Shown piece by piece: positions 8,523-15,765 of a DNA stretch of 20,000 nucleotides. The stretch spans positions 59,857-79,856 of the forward strand of contig JAADGS010000028.1 in assembly GCA_013152275.1 (NCBI GenBank). The letters run 5' to 3'. The DNA comes from Actinomycetota bacterium. GTDB lineage: Bacteria; Actinomycetota; Acidimicrobiia; Spongiisociales; UBA4744. Every line of letters starts with the position of its first letter. Positions within the stretch are counted from its first letter, which is position 1. A program made the translations under genes and the position numbers. The notes under the pieces were generated by a model. The model saw only the letters and a program-made list of their open reading frames with translations, was not told the DNA's origin and did not search any database.

Positions 8523-8630
8523 CTGCGCCCCCTCCCGGACCCGGGCCCGGCTTGTCGAAAGGCGATCTTCGCATCGACATCGCATCTCGATCTCGGGCTC
8601 AGGTGTCGCATCTGTTCCAAACCTCGCTGC

Positions 8631-8659
8631 AGTCTAAGCCGGCACCCATATGATGCGAA
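8631..8659 (-). promoter_or_regulatory. Candidate promoter of the hydrogenase operon
   Basis: Minus strand TTCGCA (8659-8654), 17 bp, TAGACT (8636-8631), about 110 bp upstream of the beta-subunit start. Confidence 0.45.
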
Positions 8660-8705
8660 TGCCCCGGATTCGGCCGCATCCGGACGACTTGGGCGGACAT
8701 CGGGA

Positions 8706-9617
8706 TCAGCGGTGGGCCGCCACGCGCAGCGCCCGGTACAGCAACTGCTGGTCGCCCAACCGCCGGCGCAACTCCCGTTCCAGACCGCCGATGGGATACA
8801 GGTTCTGGGGAGCCCGTGGATCCTTGTGGGCGGCCGAGGCGAATCGTGGAAGGGTCACCGATACGCGATCCGCCAGTCGGCGGGCGGAGACGATGTCCCG
8901 ATCGGCGCTCACCTCACAGCGGACGATCCCACCGAGCGGAGCATCACCGCCGCCCGGCAGACGCGTGTACCAGGAGTATCTACTCCACGATGTCGTGGTC
9001 AGGAACAGCGGTGTCCGCTGCCCGGGCAGGAGCCGGGTCAGTACCGTCTGCAGCGCCGCAGGAAGATACTGCACCCTGTGGGTTTTGACATACCCGACCC
9101 CTCCGGGCACGTGCTGACGCCCGGTGAGCGGACCGTCGGTGATGATCAGCTCGGCGGCGAGGAGGTGACTCGCCACCTCACGCTCCAGCTCGCCCATCCG
9201 CTGCTGAAGGCCCAGCCACAGTTCCTCCAGGGACGATCCGGCGGTCGCGCGCACGCCGTAGACCCCATGCTTCGTCGTGACGGCCTCCGCTCCGGGAGCC
9301 GACGTGAACAACCCCCGCCGCACCTCGGCGCCGACCAGCTTCGCCTCCGTGTCACAGCGAACGGCTCCCGCCGCGTAGGTGGCGCAGAGTCCCGACACGG
9401 GAACGCCATCTTCTTCCCCTACCCACACATGTGCATCGACCCGTCGCACACCGTCGACGAACAACACCGATCGGGCCGGTTCGGTGTCGGGTTCCAGCGG
9501 AACCCAATCTGCTGCAGGCACTTCGATATCGACGTCGGGGACGATTGTCGTCTCGGCCAGCTCCGATGCCACGGGTGTGCCGTATTCGGGCGCCCACGGT
9601 TCGACGGAGAGCCTCAC
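8706..9617 (-). CDS. nurA: NurA-family (RNase H/PIWI-fold) DNA repair nuclease
   Basis: GTG at 9617 overlaps the sbcC TGA (GTGA). VEPWAPEYG, LFVDGVRRVDA, IITDGPL, GYVKTH, GQRTPLF, RYSWYTRL and DPRAPQNLYPIGGLERELRRRLGD. The context with sbcCD and herA supports the call. Confidence 0.8.
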   Translation of the reverse strand: MRLSVEPWAPEYGTPVASELAETTIVPDVDIEVPAADWVPLEPDTEPARSVLFVDGVRRVDAHVWVGEEDGVPVSGLCATYAAGAVRCDTEAKLVGAEVRRGLFTSAPGAEAVTTKHGVYGVRATAGSSLEELWLGLQQRMGELEREVASHLLAAELIITDGPLTGRQHVPGGVGYVKTHRVQYLPAALQTVLTRLLPGQRTPLFLTTTSWSRYSWYTRLPGGGDAPLGGIVRCEVSADRDIVSARRLADRVSVTLPRFASAAHKDPRAPQNLYPIGGLERELRRRLGDQQLLYRALRVAAHR

Positions 9618-11992
9618 GTGTCGATCCGTTCCACATGGGCTCCACCGGCGTCCTTGGTGACCAGGAAGCGGGTCGGCACCTGTTCGGCCAGGTCCTCGAC
9701 GTGGCTGATCAGCCCGACCGTCCTGCCCGTGGCCCCGAGTTCGTGCACCACGCCGGCGACCACGTCCAAGGTCTCTTGATCGAGTGTCCCGAACCCCTCG
9801 TCGAGAAAGATGGATTCGAGCCGTGCGTTGCCGCTCAGGGACATCGCGGCGAGCTGCTCGGAGAGCGACAGTGCCAATGCGAGCGACACGAGGAACGTCT
9901 CGCCTCCCGAGAGGGTCTTCACGGAACGCCGCCCGTCGGCGTTGCGGTGGTCGATGACGGTGAATCCGCGGCCTTCGGCTTCGAGCGAGTAGGCACCCGA
10001 GGACAGCTCGTGGAGGAGTCGGTTCGCTCCGACCGTGAGGTCCGCGAGGGCTTCCTCCAACAACCAGGCTTCGAACCGGTTGGATCGAAGATGCTGTTCG
10101 AGTGCGCCTGCGACCGTGGCGATTCGCCGCTGTTCCTTCGCCTCGACGGCGAGCTTCGCCGCCTGGACGCGGTCGGCGCGCAGCCGGTCCAGACCGAGTT
10201 TGGCGGTGGCGATCGCATCGACACAGACGTCGCGAACGGGTCGACTGCCGACGGTGAGTCCGGCCTCCTCGACGGTGGCGACGAGGGTGCGGCGACGCTC
10301 GCCGAGCGCCTGTTCCGCGGCCGCGACCTTCTCGGCGGCTTCCTTCACGGTCCGGGATCGCAGATCTGTCGCATGCCGTGCCCAGGTGACCAGCTCGGTC
10401 CAGTCGGCGAGGAGGTCGTCCCGGCGAGGTGACGGCGGTCCGAGGGGAGCGACTCGATCCCGGACGGCGTCGAAGCGCCGGCGTGCCTCGTACACGACCT
10501 CGTCGAGACGCTTGATCTGCTCGTCGAGCGCTCCGAGACCCTTCATCGCCGCCTGTTCCGCCGCACGTGCGTCTCTCATCTCGTCTTGTGCAGCAATGAC
10601 CCGTCCGCGGATGTCCGCGATCCCCCTCTCGTCCGGTCGGCCGGCGATTCGCTCGCGCAGTTCTTCTGCCTCCCGAGCAGCAGCGACTGCCTGTGTCGTG
10701 AGCTCTTCGAGCGTCGCAGTGAGGCTCGCATGGAGACGCTGCGCGCCGAGGTGTGCCTGCTCCGCGTCGTGCAGCGTGGCGAGCGCCACCTCCAGATCCG
10801 CCGGCGCCTCTCGGTCCGGGACCACCTCCACGGTCCTGTTGCAGACGGGGCAGGGTTCGCCCGCGCGCAAGGTCGTGACGAGTTCGTGCGCCGTGTGTGC
10901 CTGCCGGAGCGCCGCGGCCGATACCTTGGCATCGTTCAACGCGGTCCGTGCCGCCTCGAGCTTCGTGGCCGCTTCGGCCACGCCGGCACGCACCTCTGCG
11001 CTTCGAGCGCCGAGCCGGGTGAGGCGCCCTTCGGCGCGTGCGAAGGCCTGATGCGCTTCGGCGAGCTTCTCGAGGTCGGCAAGTTCGGGAAGCGTCTCGA
11101 GATGCTTCTCGGCCCGTCGGCGCCGCTCCTCGGCGGTCTTGAGAGTTTCTTCGGCCCTGCCGCGTTCTTGTTTGACGGCGACGGTCTTGGAGGCGAGTTG
11201 GTCGAGACCGCCGGGAACTTCGAGACCTTCGAGGAGGTCGAGTTCGGCCTGAGCCTCCTTCGCCTGCTGCGCCCATGTCCCCGCCTCGGTCTGCAGTGTG
11301 ACGATCTCCCCGGTCGCCTCTTCGACGACCTTCAAGAGTGCTTCGAGGTCACGAACCCGTGCGACCGCGGCGGCCTCTGCTTCCTCGGTCGCGCCGGCGA
11401 GATCGGCGATCTGGGCTTCGAGCATGGCGGCCTTCTGCCGTGCTGCGATCTTCCTGTCTCGTGCGCGCTCTCGCACCCGCTCGTAGACGCCGAGGTCGAG
11501 GAGTTCACGGAGGAGCTTTTGACGGTCGGTCGGCTTGTCGTGAAGGAAAGCCGCGAATCTGCCTTGGGGAAGGACGACGCTCTTGACGAAATGGTCGTAG
11601 GAGAGACCGAGAAGTCGTTGAACGGCGTCGGTGACCTCGTCGGCACCCGAGGCGACCACGGTTCCGTCGTGTTCGAGTCGGGCTTCGGCCGTGGTCGCTC
11701 CCTTCTTGAGCCGGCGAACGACCCTGACCGCCGTGTAGCGCTCCTCACCGATCGTGAAGTCGAAGCGGATGCGTGCCTCGACCTTGCCGAGCGTGATGAC
11801 CGGCTCGACGGTCCGCCGGTCCCCGTACCGTGGGACGGAGCCGTACAGGGCAAAGACGATGGCGTCGATGATGCTCGACTTGCCCGATCCGGTCGGCCCG
11901 GTGAGCGCGAACAGGTCCGCTCCGGTGAAATCGATCTCGGTGACCTCTCTGAACGCGGTGAAACCGATCAATTCGAGGCGTTCAGGTCGCAT
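9614..11992 (-). CDS. sbcC: SbcC/Rad50 SMC-family ATPase
   Basis: Own start MRPERLELIGF (ATG at 11992, GGAG upstream). Walker A GPTGSGKSS, Q-loop LPQGRF, coiled coils with CPVC zinc hook, signature LSGGE, Walker B FLDEGFGTLD and ISH. Confidence 0.95.
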   Translation of the reverse strand: MRPERLELIGFTAFREVTEIDFTGADLFALTGPTGSGKSSIIDAIVFALYGSVPRYGDRRTVEPVITLGKVEARIRFDFTIGEERYTAVRVVRRLKKGATTAEARLEHDGTVVASGADEVTDAVQRLLGLSYDHFVKSVVLPQGRFAAFLHDKPTDRQKLLRELLDLGVYERVRERARDRKIAARQKAAMLEAQIADLAGATEEAEAAAVARVRDLEALLKVVEEATGEIVTLQTEAGTWAQQAKEAQAELDLLEGLEVPGGLDQLASKTVAVKQERGRAEETLKTAEERRRRAEKHLETLPELADLEKLAEAHQAFARAEGRLTRLGARSAEVRAGVAEAATKLEAARTALNDAKVSAAALRQAHTAHELVTTLRAGEPCPVCNRTVEVVPDREAPADLEVALATLHDAEQAHLGAQRLHASLTATLEELTTQAVAAAREAEELRERIAGRPDERGIADIRGRVIAAQDEMRDARAAEQAAMKGLGALDEQIKRLDEVVYEARRRFDAVRDRVAPLGPPSPRRDDLLADWTELVTWARHATDLRSRTVKEAAEKVAAAEQALGERRRTLVATVEEAGLTVGSRPVRDVCVDAIATAKLGLDRLRADRVQAAKLAVEAKEQRRIATVAGALEQHLRSNRFEAWLLEEALADLTVGANRLLHELSSGAYSLEAEGRGFTVIDHRNADGRRSVKTLSGGETFLVSLALALSLSEQLAAMSLSGNARLESIFLDEGFGTLDQETLDVVAGVVHELGATGRTVGLISHVEDLAEQVPTRFLVTKDAGGAHVERIDT

Positions 11993-13123
11993 CGACGTCT
12001 CCAAGCATCTCGTCGAAGAGAGCGACGACGTCGTCATCGGAAGCATTGACCTGTTCGAGATACTCGATGAACAGCTCGCGAGGCGGGCGGCCGAGGCGTA
12101 CGTCACGATCCGCCGTGTCGATGTCTCTCGGTGTGGCGAGCAGCACGTCGACGGCGTTGGGAAACAGCTCTCGGACGACGTCACCGAGCCCGGCCCGTGC
12201 GGCTTCGTGCACGACGATCTTGAGGTACGCGTCGGCGATCTCCGCCTCGCCGGCCCGAGCTCTGCCAACGTGCCGGCGAGTTGGATGAGCCGCCTTCCGG
12301 CAGTGACGGGAACCGGGCGGACCGTTGCGGGGAGTCCCGGTTCGGCGTCGACGATGAGCAGACCTTTCTCGTCGTCTCTCTCACCGAAGTCGAGCTGCAT
12401 CGGTGATCCTGCGTACCACACGGGCGACGGTGCAGGGACCGATTGCATGCGATGCAGGTGTCCGAGTGCGACATAGGACAGGGCGCCGCCGAATGCCGTC
12501 GCGGGGATCGCATAGTCCTCGACCGTGAAAGCGATGCGCTCGCCGCCTCCCAGCCTCCCTTCGGCGATCATGAGGTGGGCGACGACGAGGTTGACTTCGT
12601 CGGACGTCATGCCTTCGGTGAGCCTGCCGAGGATCGCTTCCACCCGGCCCGCGTACTTGCCGCCGTGTTCGAACGGGTCGAGCGCCATGAGGTCGTCGGC
12701 GCCAACGATCCCCCGTTTGCCGACGAACGGCACGAGCGCGATCCGTGCCGTCTCCCCCGCGTCGGTCAGGATGCGCACCACTCCCCCTTCGTCGGGGCGT
12801 TGGAGCGTCGCCCCGACGGTGACCCGGCCCATTTCGAAGAGTGGAGCGACGGCCCGCCACCGTCTGGGATGGTCGTGATTGCCTGCGATGAGCACCACGG
12901 GGGCAACGTCGGAAAGATCGAGGAGCGCCTGGTAGACGATCCGCTCCGACTCGGCGCTCGGCGCGACCACGTCGAATGTGTCGCCGGCGACGAGGACCAG
13001 GTCGACGGCCTCACGGCGGGCCACGTCGGCGATCTCCGCGAGGACGGCCCGGTGCTCGTCGGCCCGGCTGCGTCCCCGGATGGAGCGCCCGACGTGCCAA
13101 TCGGCGGTGTGCAAGATCTTCAC
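11982..13123 (-). CDS. sbcD: SbcD/Mre11 nuclease with an apparent 1-nt frameshift near 12254-12256 (sequencing error or real lesion)
   Basis: GTG at 13123: KILHTADWH, AGDTFD, AGNHD, VAH, YVALGHLH and YAGSP..DFGE. After ...GTLAEL the SbcD-like C-terminus (AYLKIVVHEAARAGLGDVVRELFPNAVDV...ELFIEYL...LFDEML) continues in another frame and ends at TGA 11982-11984. Confidence 0.9.
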
Positions 13124-13130
13124 GGGCCCG

Positions 13131-13136
13131 ATGGTA
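13131..13136 (-). promoter_or_regulatory. -10 element for probable leaderless sbcD-sbcC-nurA transcript
   Basis: TACCAT on the minus strand, 7 nt before the sbcD GTG; no SD. Confidence 0.55.
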
Positions 13137-13224
13137 CCGGTGGGGGGTGACATGATCGGAGGTCTCTCGCGGAGGGACGGCCTCCTGCGACCTTCATGTT
13201 CGGTCGCTACGCTCCGGGGACATC

Positions 13225-14544
13225 ATGACAGCACAGATCCCCCCGATCGGACGGCCCCACGACGAGATCCTCGACGAGATGCGCCGCCTGCACGACACAG
13301 ACGCCGACTGGCACGAAGGGCACACGTGGAGCCTCGTCTACCACGCCGGTGACGAGCACACCGCGTTCCTGAAGGAGGCGTACGGCGTGTTCTTCAGTGA
13401 GAACGGCCTCAACCCGATCGCGTTCCCGGCGCTGCGAAAGTTCGAAGCCGACGTCGTCCGGATGACCGCGTCGATGCTCCATGGTGACGATCGGGTCGCA
13501 GGCACGATGACCTCCGGCGGCACCGAGAGCCTGCTGATGGCCGTCAAGACCTATCGGGATTGGGCACGGGCGACCAAGGAAATCGCGGAACCCGAGATGG
13601 TGCTGCCCGTCACCGCCCACGCGGCGTTCGACAAGGCCGCCCACTACTTCGGGGTGAAGCAGGTTCGGGTCCCGATGGGTGACGACCTGCGGGCCGACCC
13701 GGCGGCGATGGAGTCGGCGATCGGCCCGAACACGATCCTGATGGTCGGCTCGGCGCCGGACTACCCGCACGGTCAGGTCGACCCCATCGAAGATCTGGGG
13801 GCGATCGCTGCGGATCACGGTATCGGGTTCCATGTCGATGCCTGCCTCGGCGGGTTCCTCGTCCCGTGGGCGGAGCGGCTCGGCGTGCCTGTCGGCGTCT
13901 GGGATTTCCGAGTCCCCGGGGTGACATCGATGTCGGCCGACGTGCACAAGTACGGCTTCGCAGCGAAGGGGGCGTCGACAATCATGTACCGCACGCCGGA
14001 GCTGCGCCGCTTCCAGTTCCACGTCACCGCGGACTGGCCGGGCGGCATCTACGCGTCGCCGTCGATGGCGGGTACCCGGCCCGGTGGAGCGATCGCCGCG
14101 GCGTGGGCAGCGCTGCAGGCGATCGGCCAGGACGGCTACCTGCGGTTGACGAGCCAGATACTCGAGACGTCCCGCCGCCTCATCGACGGTGTCCGTGCCA
14201 TTCGGGGGCTCGAGATTCTCGGCGACCCGCTGCTCAGCGTCTTCTCGTTCATCGGGACCGACGTCGACATCTTCGCCGTGGGCGATGCTCTCGAAGATCG
14301 GGGATGGCACGTCGATCGGCAGATCAAGCCGTCGGCGCTGCATTTCATGGTCACTCCGGCCCATGCCGGGATCGTCGACGCGTTCCTCGAGGATCTGGAG
14401 GCCTCGGTCGACGAGGTGCGGGCGAACCCCGAGTCGGCGACGAGTGGGCAGGCGGCCATGTACGGGATGATGGCCACACTGCCGGACTCCGACATGCTCG
14501 AGGAGATCGTCCTGCAGACCTTGGAAGGCCTCTACTCGATCTGA
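13225..14544 (+). CDS. PLP-dependent group II decarboxylase family enzyme, sphingosine-1-phosphate-lyase-like
   Basis: W..G...LVY, ENGLNP..FP.L..FE..VV.M, MTSGGTES, AHAAFDKAA.YF, GSAP.YPHG..DPI, HVDACLGGF, SADVHKYG (PLP lysine), GTRPG and C-terminal AMYG. Confidence 0.88.
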   Translation: MTAQIPPIGRPHDEILDEMRRLHDTDADWHEGHTWSLVYHAGDEHTAFLKEAYGVFFSENGLNPIAFPALRKFEADVVRMTASMLHGDDRVAGTMTSGGTESLLMAVKTYRDWARATKEIAEPEMVLPVTAHAAFDKAAHYFGVKQVRVPMGDDLRADPAAMESAIGPNTILMVGSAPDYPHGQVDPIEDLGAIAADHGIGFHVDACLGGFLVPWAERLGVPVGVWDFRVPGVTSMSADVHKYGFAAKGASTIMYRTPELRRFQFHVTADWPGGIYASPSMAGTRPGGAIAAAWAALQAIGQDGYLRLTSQILETSRRLIDGVRAIRGLEILGDPLLSVFSFIGTDVDIFAVGDALEDRGWHVDRQIKPSALHFMVTPAHAGIVDAFLEDLEASVDEVRANPESATSGQAAMYGMMATLPDSDMLEEIVLQTLEGLYSI

Positions 14545-14557
14545 ACCGACCCGTCGA

Positions 14558-15661
14558 TCAGCCCGGGCGCAGCAGATACGCGAGGGCGATTCCGGCGTAG
14601 TTGCCGATCGCGTAGCCGACGACCCCGGTGGTGAGGCCCGAGACGAGGATCTGCCGGTTCTTCAACGCGGCGGCGACGGGCGGGACGAACGCCGGACCGA
14701 ACACCGCGGCGGTGGAGGTGATGAGCACCGTGTCGGTGTCGATCCGAAAGAAGGTCGCCAACAGGTAGTGCAGCAGGATCGCGCCGATGAGGACGATGGC
14801 GACGAAGATGAACACCTGGCCGAACGCTCCGACGAGACGCCTGACGTTCGCGAGGGTGCCGACGGCGACGGCGAACACGAGGAGCAGGAACTCTCCGGTC
14901 TCGAACGTGCCGGGCAGGTTCCGGATCTTCGGAACGAAGGACGCCAGGATGCCGACGGTGGTGATGGCGAGGATGACCGCGGCGATCGGCAGGCCGGGAG
15001 CGAGCACATACACGATCCCGACGGCGACGCCGGAGGACAGGATGCTCAGCCCGAGGGCGGCGAGCACGTTGCGCGATCCGAAATCGGCTCGTTCACCGTC
15101 GTCGAAGTCGTCTCCGAGGCGCGAGTAATCGAACGCCGGCAGGAACTTGCCGAGGACCCGTTGGGCAATCGACAGCAGGAACAGCAGGTACACCCCGGAG
15201 AGGATCACGTCGGCGCCGTTGAGCAGCACGAACGTCTCGTTGGGGACGCCGAGGGCGATGCCGATGGCGCTCATGTTGGGGGTGCCGCCCGTGTAGACGC
15301 CGACGGTCATGCCGGCCATCTGCCAATCGTGCGGCCCGCGGAGGATCAACGTCGCGGTTGCCGCGGTGACGATGACCGCCACTGCGGCGAGGGTGAACGA
15401 GATGACGGCGGGTCTGGCTATCCGTAGCCATGCCCGGAAGTCGGTGGTGAACAACAGCAGCGGGATGGCGAGGATGACGGTCGCCTCGGTGAACGTCGTG
15501 GCGAGTTCGGTGTCCATGAAAACCAGGTTCCCGAGGACGATGCCGAAGAGGTAGCAGAGGACGATCGGACCGAGAAAGCGCAGCGCCTTGTACTTGCGCG
15601 CCCCCCATCGTGCCGCCACGGGGAAGCCGATGAACAACGCAGCCTGAATAGCCAAACCCAC
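14558..15661 (-). CDS. DUF819 family multi-pass membrane protein
   Basis: About 10 hydrophobic segments, AIPLLLF, GVYTGGTPNM.AI, ITSTAAVFGPAFVPPVA and G...GVVGYAIGNY.G. Confidence 0.82.
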   Translation of the reverse strand: MGLAIQAALFIGFPVAARWGARKYKALRFLGPIVLCYLFGIVLGNLVFMDTELATTFTEATVILAIPLLLFTTDFRAWLRIARPAVISFTLAAVAVIVTAATATLILRGPHDWQMAGMTVGVYTGGTPNMSAIGIALGVPNETFVLLNGADVILSGVYLLFLLSIAQRVLGKFLPAFDYSRLGDDFDDGERADFGSRNVLAALGLSILSSGVAVGIVYVLAPGLPIAAVILAITTVGILASFVPKIRNLPGTFETGEFLLLVFAVAVGTLANVRRLVGAFGQVFIFVAIVLIGAILLHYLLATFFRIDTDTVLITSTAAVFGPAFVPPVAAALKNRQILVSGLTTGVVGYAIGNYAGIALAYLLRPG

Positions 15662-15715
15662 GATCGGACGCTAGTCGAGTTCGACCCGGCGATGTCGGCC
15701 GGAATCGGATTCTCG

Positions 15716-15762
15716 TTCTTGTGTGAGTTTGCCGCTCATGATGCGGCCGATTCACGCTCGAA
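15716..15762. repeat. 47-bp imperfect palindrome downstream of herA (REP-like or terminator)
   Basis: GTGTGAGTTTGCCGC (15721-15735) pairs with GCGGCCGATTCACGC (15743-15757) at 14 of 15 positions counting G-T, and is bounded by TTC...GAA. Confidence 0.55.
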
Positions 15763-15765
15763 GGG

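Noticed and set aside
7344..9779. 811-aa + strand ORF
   Set aside because: Antisense shadow of the hydrogenase beta and nurA genes with no motifs. Long stop-free antisense frames are expected at high GC.
8706..11276. 856-aa ORF as one large protein
   Set aside because: The first ~553 codons are Arg/Gly-rich alternate-frame sequence over sbcC. Only the part from GTG 9617 is protein-like.
9614..13153. 1179-aa ORF as a genuine evolved SbcD-SbcC fusion protein
   Set aside because: The joining segment is out-of-frame SbcD sequence. The true SbcD C-terminus, its stop and a separate sbcC start with SD are all present.
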